A DNA stretch of 54,610 nt from a virus. Taxonomy: Duplodnaviria > Caudoviricetes. Below, one piece after another: positions 8,680 to 16,975 of this stretch. Made by a program: the position numbers and the translations under genes. How positions within the stretch are numbered: the first letter of the stretch is position 1; every line of letters starts with the position of its first letter. The notes beneath the pieces are model-generated. The model was not told where the DNA came from, did not search any database, and saw nothing but the letters and a program-made list of their open reading frames with translations. The stretch is taken from the IMG/VR virus record IMGVR_UViG_3300011423_000010, positions 1 through 54,610 of that record, one strand, 5' to 3'.

Positions 8680-9111
8680 ATGGAAGGTAAATTGTATACT
8701 AAGGAAGAGTTAAAAGAAGCTATGGAATATGGCTTTGATAGTGGATATCAATATGGATTTACTGATGCTTCAGAAGAAGAATCAGTTTATGCAATAGAGC
8801 CTTTTAAAAATAGAGATGAGACTATTTTTGAAGATTGGTTTAAAGAAAATAAAGCTGAATTTATGGTAACAGATAAAACTATAGATGAAGCCCTTGAAAG
8901 ATGGGATGAACATAATGAAGCTATTGGTAATACTAAAGCAGATAGACAAAGTTTTATTGATGGTACTAAAGCTCAAGCTGCATTAATGTTTACTGAGAAT
9001 CATTTGTTCTTCTTTGCTGGTTATTTAAGAGGAGCACAAGAAAAAGATCCTCTTGCAGATACAGGAGAGGTGTTTAAGGATTTTTTACAAATTAAACATA
9101 TGATACCATGA
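8680..9111 (+). CDS. Hypothetical phage protein
   Basis: YTKEELKEAM..GF..G and SFIDG.K.Q motifs common in Bacteroidota phage small proteins. Confidence 0.6.
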   Translation: MEGKLYTKEELKEAMEYGFDSGYQYGFTDASEEESVYAIEPFKNRDETIFEDWFKENKAEFMVTDKTIDEALERWDEHNEAIGNTKADRQSFIDGTKAQAALMFTENHLFFFAGYLRGAQEKDPLADTGEVFKDFLQIKHMIP

Positions 9112-9455
9112 ACAGCTGGAAAATAGGAGATGTGGCTATATGTGTAGATGTTAGTCGTATTGATATTCATCTTAGTAGTGGTAGTCCACCTCAATTGAGA
9201 TTAGATCATAAATATATTGTTGCAGGTGTAAGAACTTGTAGTAAATGTGGAAGAGTAACTCTTGATGTTGGTTTAGGAGCAGATGATATAATAACTAGAT
9301 GTGGTTGTGGGCAGCTTTCTAATGATATAGGTGTTCATTGGTGTAACTCTGCAAGATTTAGAAAAGAATATACTGAAGAGCATCTTAATGAGGCTGTTAA
9401 AGAAGAGAATTATGAATTAGCTAGTGTAATTAGGGATCAATTAAAAAATAAATAG
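9108..9455 (+). CDS. Zn-binding protein with C-terminal UVR (UvrB/C, ClpC/McsA-type) motif
   Basis: CSKCG, CGCG; C-terminal LNEAVKEENYELASVIRDQLK. Confidence 0.7.
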   Translation: MNSWKIGDVAICVDVSRIDIHLSSGSPPQLRLDHKYIVAGVRTCSKCGRVTLDVGLGADDIITRCGCGQLSNDIGVHWCNSARFRKEYTEEHLNEAVKEENYELASVIRDQLKNK

Positions 9456-9457
9456 TT

Positions 9458-9844
9458 ATGAATTGGAAAGCAGGAGATACTGCTCTTTGTATTAAAGTGG
9501 GTAGATTGGATGGTTATTCAGATAATGTTGGTAAGAAAATAACACATTCTCCAGCATTAAGATTAAATCTTAAATATCATGTAAATGATGTTCATCATTG
9601 TAATTGTGGTTGTGTATCATTAGATGTAGGTTTGGTTAGTCCTAATCCAGCTGTAGGAACTGAATGTGTATGTGGAGCTTATAGTGCTCCTGATGGTATA
9701 CATTGGGCTAATGCCATTAGATTTGTTAAGGAGAAGAGTGATAGTAATGAGGAAGAGAATGTAGAAGAACAACTTAGAGAGGCTGTTGAATCAGGTAATC
9801 AACAATTAGTTGATGAGCTATTAGATAAACTCAAATTAAAGTAG
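9458..9844 (+). CDS. Tandem paralog of 9108-9455 with degenerate UVR-like tail
   Basis: WK.GD.A.C...LRL...Y.V...C.CG.V.LDVGL...C.CG...G.HW.N..RF.KE; tail EEQLREAVESGNQQLVDELLDKLK. Confidence 0.7.
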   Translation: MNWKAGDTALCIKVGRLDGYSDNVGKKITHSPALRLNLKYHVNDVHHCNCGCVSLDVGLVSPNPAVGTECVCGAYSAPDGIHWANAIRFVKEKSDSNEEENVEEQLREAVESGNQQLVDELLDKLKLK

Positions 9845-9848
9845 TGTT

Positions 9849-10373
9849 ATGACTAATTATCAAATATTACAGGTTCCTCATAATGCTAGTAAGGAGGAGA
9901 TTAAAAAGGCTTATAGAAGATTAGCAAGGGCTTGTCATCCAGATGTGAATGATAATGATCCTATTAAGACTCTTGAGTTTATGTCTATCAACACTGCTTA
10001 TAAGAATCTTATGAGTGATGTGGGTTATACAATACCTGCTAAACCTTATATCAAAGTGACTAATGTTATGGAACATATTGAAACAGGTGGTTGTTTTATT
10101 GAGATAGTATGTGATCATATAGTTATGATGACTATTGAAGAACTAACTATTCTTGATTATCATTGGACTTTATTAGGTATTAAGGAAGGTAGAGTATATG
10201 TTTCTAAGAAACATTTAGAACAACTTAATTATAGTTTTGTATTGAGGGGTATTACTCGTAATGATGAGGTAGTAAGATATAACCTAACTGTTCAAAAACC
10301 TGTCATATCATTAACTAGGTTTCAAAAATTTGTAAAATTTATTAAATCGTTATTATCATGGAAAAAGAATTAA
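9849..10373 (+). CDS. DnaJ (J-domain) protein, type III
   Basis: YQILQV...ASKEEIKKAYRRLARACHPDVN...INTAYKNL with intact HPD. Confidence 0.9.
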   Translation: MTNYQILQVPHNASKEEIKKAYRRLARACHPDVNDNDPIKTLEFMSINTAYKNLMSDVGYTIPAKPYIKVTNVMEHIETGGCFIEIVCDHIVMMTIEELTILDYHWTLLGIKEGRVYVSKKHLEQLNYSFVLRGITRNDEVVRYNLTVQKPVISLTRFQKFVKFIKSLLSWKKN

Positions 10374-10540
10374 AAAAGCTGTTATACAGCTATGGTACAT
10401 TGAGTAGTCTTGAGAGACTAACTCTTAGAGAGGATATCCTTAATTTATATAAGGGTAAAAAGACCTCTATTATAGTTCAAACTGTAATTATTACAGTGTT
10501 TGCTATGTGTATGTTACGTATAATCTTTGGGCCCATATAA
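10358..10540 (+). CDS. Small membrane protein
   Basis: C-terminal hydrophobic helix. Confidence 0.45.
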   Translation: MEKELKKLLYSYGTLSSLERLTLREDILNLYKGKKTSIIVQTVIITVFAMCMLRIIFGPI

Positions 10541-10541
10541 C

Positions 10542-10946
10542 ATGAGGGCTTATGATTATGCTTTGGCTAAGAAGATTATAGATACATACTGTAGTCTTGG
10601 TAACTTGCATTCTGCTTTTATGGGTATGCATGAAGCTTGGTTCTTTACTGCTGAGAGAGTATTCTATGATGGTAAATATACTAAGAAGAAACTTGAGACC
10701 TATGAAGATGGTGATGAGCTTAAAATCTGTGGTATTCATCAAAGTAAATGGGCTACTCCTGTAATTTCAGTAGTGTTCAATGATGGAGAATCTCTTACTT
10801 TCAACTGTTATACAGGAGAATGTACTATGGATGTATTAGAGAGAATTACTTGGATGAATAAATGTCTTGAACAAGAGAAAAGTGATGCTTCAGGTATGGT
10901 TCAAAAAGAAAGAGAAGATTTATTAATAGAAGATTTTAAATTATGA
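10542..10946 (+). CDS. Hypothetical phage protein
   Basis: GMHEAWFFTAE...GIHQSKWATP; start likely MRAYD. Confidence 0.6.
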   Translation: MRAYDYALAKKIIDTYCSLGNLHSAFMGMHEAWFFTAERVFYDGKYTKKKLETYEDGDELKICGIHQSKWATPVISVVFNDGESLTFNCYTGECTMDVLERITWMNKCLEQEKSDASGMVQKEREDLLIEDFKL

Positions 10947-11152
10947 AAAAAATTATCTTATTAGGAATGATAGTATTATTATCCTCTTGTAATGCATACA
11001 GGATAACTGATGCACCATATTCTGTAGAGTGGGCTTGGAAAGTTGATAGTCCACATGGTAAATATAAATATCGTATGACACACAAAAATACATATTTTAT
11101 TTATTATAGTAACACATTGTATCAAGTGGGACAGATATTGTTTATCAATTAG
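10943..11152 (+). CDS. Small lipoprotein
   Basis: MKKIILLGMIVLLSSC lipobox. Confidence 0.65.
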   Translation: MKKIILLGMIVLLSSCNAYRITDAPYSVEWAWKVDSPHGKYKYRMTHKNTYFIYYSNTLYQVGQILFIN

Positions 11153-11359
11153 TAAAAAACAACAACAACAAAAACAAACAATTATGAATTCAGTCAGTAC
11201 AATAGTATTTTGGAGTGCTGCTTCTAATCCTAAAGGTGAAATACAATATCACCTTCATGTTGAAGAAGAAGACAAGATTGTTACTCCTAAGGAGTTAAAT
11301 CATATTATGGATATGGCAGAATTCAATGACATTCCTATAATATCTTTAAATTAATATAC

Positions 11360-11740
11360 ATGGAAACACAGCTAAAACAATTTAATATTTATCATCCAGT
11401 GGGTGGTAATATGAATCATGAGTGTAGTCTAGAGGGCTACACTTATGAATTTATAGGCTCTATTAAGAGCGAGAACTTAGTTAGAAGCTTTTATTTGAGC
11501 CAGAATAACTTTAATCCTGCATATGCTAAACTAGGTAAGAGGTCTACATCAGTGGGCGATATTGTTTCTGATGGTAAAACAGTGCATATGTATCAATCTA
11601 TGGGTACTAAAAAGGTTCCATCTAAGGAATCTTTATACACTATGATAATGGAATTAGAGAAGGATGTTATTGATATTCTTTCTATTCCACCTCTTGATGA
11701 TGAAACTATGGACCAACTACTAGATAACTGTTATGAGTAA
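11360..11740 (+). CDS. YodL-like domain protein
   Basis: RSTSVGDIV motif. Confidence 0.55.
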   Translation: METQLKQFNIYHPVGGNMNHECSLEGYTYEFIGSIKSENLVRSFYLSQNNFNPAYAKLGKRSTSVGDIVSDGKTVHMYQSMGTKKVPSKESLYTMIMELEKDVIDILSIPPLDDETMDQLLDNCYE

Positions 11741-12146
11741 TATGACAGAACAGCGAGTAAGTTTTGACACAGCTTTAACTATTAGAGAAATAGGTTTTAT
11801 AGGTTATAAATCTAATATGCACTATAGAATAAGTGATAGGAGTTTGATTAATGGATTAATAGAGGATTATACAGATCATAATTTGACTGAGAATTATTTA
11901 TCAGCACCTTCTCAATCAGTAGTACAACAATGGTTGAGAGAAGTTTATAATATTCATATAGTAGTTTGGTGGTATGATGTCCAAGATAAATTTTATTATC
12001 AAATAGGATTTAAAAAAGATAATGTAGTCAAAGTTCAAAGTGGAGATATTTCTCAATTATATGATACTTATGAATGTGCATTAGAACTAGGATTACAGGA
12101 AGCTTTAAGACTAATTGTAAAAAATAAAACAAATGAAAAAATTTGA
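11733..12146 (+). CDS. Conserved Bacteroidota-phage hypothetical protein
   Basis: VSF.TA....GF...SAP.QS..Q.WLRE...YDTYE.ALE.GL.EAL pattern. Confidence 0.65.
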   Translation: MSNMTEQRVSFDTALTIREIGFIGYKSNMHYRISDRSLINGLIEDYTDHNLTENYLSAPSQSVVQQWLREVYNIHIVVWWYDVQDKFYYQIGFKKDNVVKVQSGDISQLYDTYECALELGLQEALRLIVKNKTNEKI

Positions 12147-12306
12147 ATATCTATCTGTAGAGTCAGCAAAGTTTGTTGACTCAGACAGGCTAAATAACTT
12201 AGGAGCAGGAGGATGGGAACTAGTTTCTCATAATACTGTTACTCATGAAGAAGATAATACTCTTTATTATGAGCATTATTATATCTTTAAAAGAGAATTA
12301 TTATGA
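12133..12306 (+). CDS. DUF4177-like small protein
   Basis: Manual translation MKKFEY...LNNLGAGGWELVS...YIFKRELL. Confidence 0.7.
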   Translation: MKKFEYLSVESAKFVDSDRLNNLGAGGWELVSHNTVTHEEDNTLYYEHYYIFKRELL

Positions 12307-12578
12307 AAAAAGTAATAGCAATAAAACAGGATAATGTACCACATTGTCCTGTTTGTAATCATACTCTTGATTGTCATACTGGTACAAATCATAATCATCT
12401 TCCTAAAAATAATGATATAAGTATCTGTATTAATTGTATAAGTACTCTTATTTATGTTGTTACTAAAGATTGTTTTGATGTTCGTATTCCTACAGAAGAA
12501 GAACAGAAAGAGTTAGATGCTAATGAGGAAATCATTAGAATAAAACGAATAATGATGGCAGTAAAATCTGAGAAATAA
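12303..12578 (+). CDS. Zn-ribbon hypothetical protein
   Basis: CPVC...CINC. Confidence 0.6.
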   Translation: MKKVIAIKQDNVPHCPVCNHTLDCHTGTNHNHLPKNNDISICINCISTLIYVVTKDCFDVRIPTEEEQKELDANEEIIRIKRIMMAVKSEK

Positions 12579-12859
12579 TGAGTTATGCTGATGATTTTGG
12601 TCATGATATACCACCTGATGATTATCCAGGTGGTAGTGGCTATAAGATAAGTGCTTATGACTATATGAAAAAGAGCAATGATTCAATTATTATGAGCTTT
12701 ATTGCTATCCATAAGGATACTGATAAAGCTCTATTAGTTGAGTTTGATGATGGTAAAGTTTGGTTACCTAAGAGTAAGATTTGGTCTCTTAATAAAGAGA
12801 AGTTCAATATTATGATTCCTAGGTGGCTATCTGAGAATTTTAAATACATTAAAGAATAG
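12578..12859 (+). CDS. Hypothetical phage protein
   Basis: TDKALLV...VWLPKS...IPRWL pattern. Confidence 0.6.
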   Translation: MSYADDFGHDIPPDDYPGGSGYKISAYDYMKKSNDSIIMSFIAIHKDTDKALLVEFDDGKVWLPKSKIWSLNKEKFNIMIPRWLSENFKYIKE

Positions 12860-12863
12860 TATT

Positions 12864-13076
12864 ATGAATAGATTACTAGCAGTTCAAGTTCCTTTAGAAG
12901 CCATTGATATTTTTATTAATAATATAGGTTGTTTGCGATATAGCACAAAATCTTTTAGCCAATGTGTAGAACCACATGAAATGGGTGTGTATCTTGAGAA
13001 GGGAGTACATGATATTGTAGGAGATGTGATTATTGATGAGAAGAGATACATTATTATTGATGTAGAGAACTATTAA
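12864..13076 (+). CDS. Hypothetical protein
   Basis: 70-aa ORF. Confidence 0.5.
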   Translation: MNRLLAVQVPLEAIDIFINNIGCLRYSTKSFSQCVEPHEMGVYLEKGVHDIVGDVIIDEKRYIIIDVENY

Positions 13077-13186
13077 TCCTTATCTGATTGAAATGGATAT
13101 GAGGAGTATGAAATAAAAATACCCAACAGGTGGGTATGACTTTTTAAGGTCCCTGTTGGGTATAAATAGTACTTTTAGGTACTATA

Positions 13187-13330
13187 TTATTGTTTCTTTA
13201 GTTTCTTAAATGTATTGGGCTTGAATTTAGTACTTACATTTAAGTCTACTTGTTTAGCTTTTTTGTTAGTTCTACAAAAACTATATGTTTGAGTATCCTC
13301 ATCACATGGGATAAATTTTACTGTTGACAT
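13187..13330 (-). CDS. Small basic protein on antisense strand (47 aa)
   Basis: Manual translation MSTVKFIPCDEDTQTYSFCRTNKKAKQVDLNVSTKFKPNTFKKLKKQ with A-rich leader AGAAATTATG. Confidence 0.5.
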   Translation of the reverse strand: MSTVKFIPCDEDTQTYSFCRTNKKAKQVDLNVSTKFKPNTFKKLKKQ

Positions 13331-13638
13331 AATTTCTAAATTTTAATTTATTTTTTCATTTTAAGAATTAAAGGGTTTCCTACAAGATTTGCAATCTTGT
13401 AAGAAACTCTCTTATTGAGAGGGAAATTAAATTGTTTCTTGAAAGTCGTCATACCCTTAAAACCCTTAAGAATGCTCTCACATTCAACCCTCACATCTCT
13501 TATTTTCTCTAAGTAGTGTATAGTGAGGCAATCAATACTTTAATTTACTTTCCTTGTGCTTAGCACAAATAATGTAAGTAAAGATACTGAAAAATTTCTA
13601 ATTAAACTAATTATTTTTGTTTAATAACCCAGTAAAAG

Positions 13639-13899
13639 ATGAAAAAATCAACCCTTATAAAAGACCTCTATATAACAGTGAGAACTAAGAACATTCTTAT
13701 TGTTATGGGTATATATACCCTCGAAGACTTACACTTAGCTTATTTATTGGATACAATTCCAAAAATAGGTACTGTTGTAAGGCATTATCCTTATGTTAAT
13801 ATAGATTTAATCTATAGTAACAAGGTTAATGAGGAAGTTAAAGAATTATTGAGTCAGTATTCCTTTGGTGTACTTGATTTAGATGATGTAGGAGTGTAA
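13639..13899 (+). CDS. Hypothetical protein, possible RNAP alpha-CTD-like HhH fold
   Basis: IKDLYITVRTKNIL..MGIYTLEDL resembles alpha-CTD I.EL.LSVR..N.L...I.T..DL. Confidence 0.55.
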   Translation: MKKSTLIKDLYITVRTKNILIVMGIYTLEDLHLAYLLDTIPKIGTVVRHYPYVNIDLIYSNKVNEEVKELLSQYSFGVLDLDDVGV

Positions 13900-13926
13900 T
13901 CAATTATTAATTTTATATTTAAAACA

Positions 13927-14601
13927 ATGAGTTTATTCAAAAAACACACAGCAAGCAATCAGAAAAAAGCTAAAAAGGCTTTAAAGAAAGAGGCTATTAA
14001 AAATTCTTCAAAATTTGTACAAGCACAAAATGTAATGGCTGCAGTTTTGACTAGTGGTAAGGATGCTAAAACAGTTGCTAAAGCTGTTAGTAAAATCACA
14101 AAGGACATGGCTAAGTTTCACTATCGTACTCAAATGGTTATGGGTGCTTATGAGCTCCTATTTGACAAAGAGTTGAATATTGATGATGAGATGGATGCTG
14201 TTATTGAAAAGCATTATCCATTAATAATGGATGCAGTAACTCCAAAAGTTCCTGGTTCTACATTTAATGAAAAAGATATTGATGATAAAACAGAGCAACG
14301 TATTGCTAGAGCTGTATCTAAATCATTAGGTATTAAAACTGACTGTATCAAAGTATCAAAAAATGTAGCCAGTAGAGATATTCTTGCTAAGTTAAATCCT
14401 CATGATTATGGCAGTTTTGAAGAGTATATGGATGCTGTTCATGCAGCAACTGAGAAAGAAGCTGAATTATCTGGTAAATCAGGTGAGGATATCATCAAAG
14501 ATGCTGTTTTAAGTAAAGTGGAACATGATTCTACTGCTAAATCTATTAAGTCCAAAGCTTCTTCTAATGGAGAGGTGAAAAAACCAAAAACAGATGCTTA
14601 A
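13927..14601 (+). CDS. Hypothetical Lys/Ala-rich protein
   Basis: 224-aa ORF, basic N-terminus. Confidence 0.7.
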   Translation: MSLFKKHTASNQKKAKKALKKEAIKNSSKFVQAQNVMAAVLTSGKDAKTVAKAVSKITKDMAKFHYRTQMVMGAYELLFDKELNIDDEMDAVIEKHYPLIMDAVTPKVPGSTFNEKDIDDKTEQRIARAVSKSLGIKTDCIKVSKNVASRDILAKLNPHDYGSFEEYMDAVHAATEKEAELSGKSGEDIIKDAVLSKVEHDSTAKSIKSKASSNGEVKKPKTDA

Positions 14602-14863
14602 TAGAAATTTAACTTCAGTTAAGGCATTTGTTGTATTTTCATTAATACTGGTGTCTGGATTTACAGCAGGAGTAGCTTTGAGTTGTAATCCAATTCGTAG
14701 AGATACTCAGAATCTAGTATTTGTTACTGAGAGTGATGAGTATATTGAGATTGAGGTAGGACAAATGTTGTATGTCAAAGAAGCTAAAGGTGATACTATC
14801 ACTGTACGTGAAGTGTCAGATGATGATGCTAGAAGTTTACTAGAAGAACACGGACAAGGCTAA
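14594..14863 (+). CDS. Membrane-anchored or lipoprotein with SH3-like C-terminus
   Basis: Hydrophobic N-terminus ending ALSC. Confidence 0.5.
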   Translation: MLNRNLTSVKAFVVFSLILVSGFTAGVALSCNPIRRDTQNLVFVTESDEYIEIEVGQMLYVKEAKGDTITVREVSDDDARSLLEEHGQG

Positions 14864-14888
14864 TGTATGGCTAGAGGTGTCTATTTAT

Positions 14889-14912
14889 TCTCCTCAAGGG
14901 AACTTGAGGAGA
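14889..14912 (+). terminator. Stable GNRA-loop hairpin (terminator/processing site)
   Basis: TCTCCTCAAG-GGAA-CTTGAGGAGA; weak U tract. Confidence 0.45.
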
Positions 14913-15040
14913 TTAGAAAGATAGAGGAATCAATGCTATTGATTTTCTCTATGGAAAAGCCTACTAACGATAACTTAAAACTATACAAACAACTTTCATT
15001 GAGGTGGGAAAAACTAACAGGTTGGAAATCTTATTAAATT

Positions 15041-15727
15041 ATGGAAAATACAGAAAATAAAGCAGTTCAAACAGTACTAACAATATCCAATACGGACATT
15101 GTTACAATGTTGATGGTTCAACAGAAGAAAATATTAGAGGAAAGAATTCCTGATCTTAAAACTATTCTTAATGATATAGAGGAGATTTATAGATTAAAGG
15201 TAAAAGAAACTCTTAAGCTAAGAATTGCAGAGAATGAACATATTGTTCCTCTTAGAGAAGCAATATATACTATAAACAGAATCTATAATCCAGATGTGGA
15301 GTTCAGAGTAGAGTTTAATCAAACAATTGATGAGTTAGCTACTACTATTATTTTGAATACTTTTAACAGAGGCTTTTATTGTTCTGTTAATAGAGATGTG
15401 GAGATAACTTATCTCCCAAGCTTAGCTGTATATGTAGGAGCTTCAGGTATGGATGAAGAAGAAAAAAGTAGACTTGCAGATAGGTTTCATTGGGTTGTGG
15501 ATAATAATTGTTATGAGATTCCTCATAAACACAAAGATATTATTGTCATTACTCCAGAGCATAGAGATGCTTGGAAAGAAGCTCATGATAAACTAAATGA
15601 AATTCATAAGCTTATTAAAGATGACAGTAAATTGAAGGAACAAATTGTTGCTAAAATGACTGAGAAAGCCATAGCAGCTAATACAGAGCTTCAAACTATC
15701 ATTGGAGATATACTATTACTCGAGTAA
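15041..15727 (+). CDS. Hypothetical coiled-coil protein
   Basis: 228-aa ORF. Confidence 0.7.
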   Translation: MENTENKAVQTVLTISNTDIVTMLMVQQKKILEERIPDLKTILNDIEEIYRLKVKETLKLRIAENEHIVPLREAIYTINRIYNPDVEFRVEFNQTIDELATTIILNTFNRGFYCSVNRDVEITYLPSLAVYVGASGMDEEEKSRLADRFHWVVDNNCYEIPHKHKDIIVITPEHRDAWKEAHDKLNEIHKLIKDDSKLKEQIVAKMTEKAIAANTELQTIIGDILLLE

Positions 15728-15885
15728 ATTATTAACCCTTTAAATCGCACTATTATGGGACCTTAGAATAAGAATTATTTATTTATTACTTACTTACTTT
15801 TTTTACCAATCTAAAATATAGTTAACCTACTATCATTTAAACAAATTTAATCGAACAAAAAAATTTAATTTTAAAACACATTATT

Positions 15886-16239
15886 ATGTCAGATTTACAA
15901 AATGCATCAGGAACTCCAAAATTTCAAATGATTTTAGCTTCTAGCGGTCAAGGATTACTTGACAAAAGAGCAGAGCTTATCTACAAAAAAACTAAAGCTG
16001 CCCTTGAGGACAAGCTTACATCTTTAAATCGTAGAAAGGATTCAATTGAATATGAAATCTTAAACTTAACAGATTTGTCTGTTGAAACTAAAGATTCATT
16101 GCGTCCTGGAGATAAAAGTTACAATCCAGTTGCTTGGGTTGATAAGTTGTGTGATTTAACAATGCAACTTGAGTTGTTGGAAGTAGAAATTAGAGTGGCT
16201 GAAGAAGTTCAGGCAGAGTTCTTTTCAGTAACTGAATAA
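15886..16239 (+). CDS. Helical protein, paralog of 26677-26979
   Basis: KF..I..S...L..K.K..LE...YN...L...I..A..V..EFF. Confidence 0.7.
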   Translation: MSDLQNASGTPKFQMILASSGQGLLDKRAELIYKKTKAALEDKLTSLNRRKDSIEYEILNLTDLSVETKDSLRPGDKSYNPVAWVDKLCDLTMQLELLEVEIRVAEEVQAEFFSVTE

Positions 16240-16241
16240 GC

Positions 16242-16898
16242 ATGTGCAACAAAAAAGTCTATCTAGCTAAGTCTAACTTAGCTAGTGGACTTGATGTTGA
16301 ATATGTCAAGTCCAATTTATCCCGTATTGAAGGAATTGATATTGTTGAATATGGGATGGGTGTAAGTCCTTCTGCATGTGCAGCTCTTGTGATTGTTACT
16401 AAGACAGATGATTTATTAGATAGTGATGAGATATATGTAAATAAACACATAGCTACTATTCTTGTTGAGTTCTTAGAGAACGAAGATGAAAATATGGAAG
16501 AACCTGGAGATCATGTTTATATATATGCAGGTAAAGGCTCTTCAGCTGGTACTTCTGATATTGAAAAAAGTACTCCTCTTGCAGTAATGTTTACTGATTT
16601 TTGGGAGGTTGAGGAAGAAGATGCTAGTTTTGATAAACATACTGTAATAGAATATGATAATGATTCAACAGAGTTGTTATCACATATTAGTGCAGATCTT
16701 GATGCTCCATTTAATAGATGGAAAAAAGTATCAAGACACTATCAGCCTGAACCAGAATTTGCAGTACCTAAACTTGAAGATTTAAACAGGTGGAAATGTT
16801 CTCATCCTATTCATAATCATGAAGAGAAAGCAAAACCAGAAAACATTAGCTCTTTTCAAGGTGACTTGAGAATGCTTCTTATTGGAAGAATGAAATAA
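16242..16898 (+). CDS. Acidic hypothetical protein
   Basis: 218-aa ORF; N-terminus KVYLAKSN suggests a Rossmannoid/TIR-like beta-alpha start (weak). Confidence 0.65.
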   Translation: MCNKKVYLAKSNLASGLDVEYVKSNLSRIEGIDIVEYGMGVSPSACAALVIVTKTDDLLDSDEIYVNKHIATILVEFLENEDENMEEPGDHVYIYAGKGSSAGTSDIEKSTPLAVMFTDFWEVEEEDASFDKHTVIEYDNDSTELLSHISADLDAPFNRWKKVSRHYQPEPEFAVPKLEDLNRWKCSHPIHNHEEKAKPENISSFQGDLRMLLIGRMK

Positions 16899-16901
16899 AA
16901 T

Positions 16902-16936
16902 AAAACTCTCCTCATATACAATTGAGGAGAGTTTTT
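16902..16936 (+). terminator. Intrinsic terminator
   Basis: AAAACTCTCCTCA...TGAGGAGAGTTTTT. Confidence 0.75.
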
Positions 16937-16975
16937 AAATTAGAAAGCAATTAATAAAACAACAAATTTTAAAAA

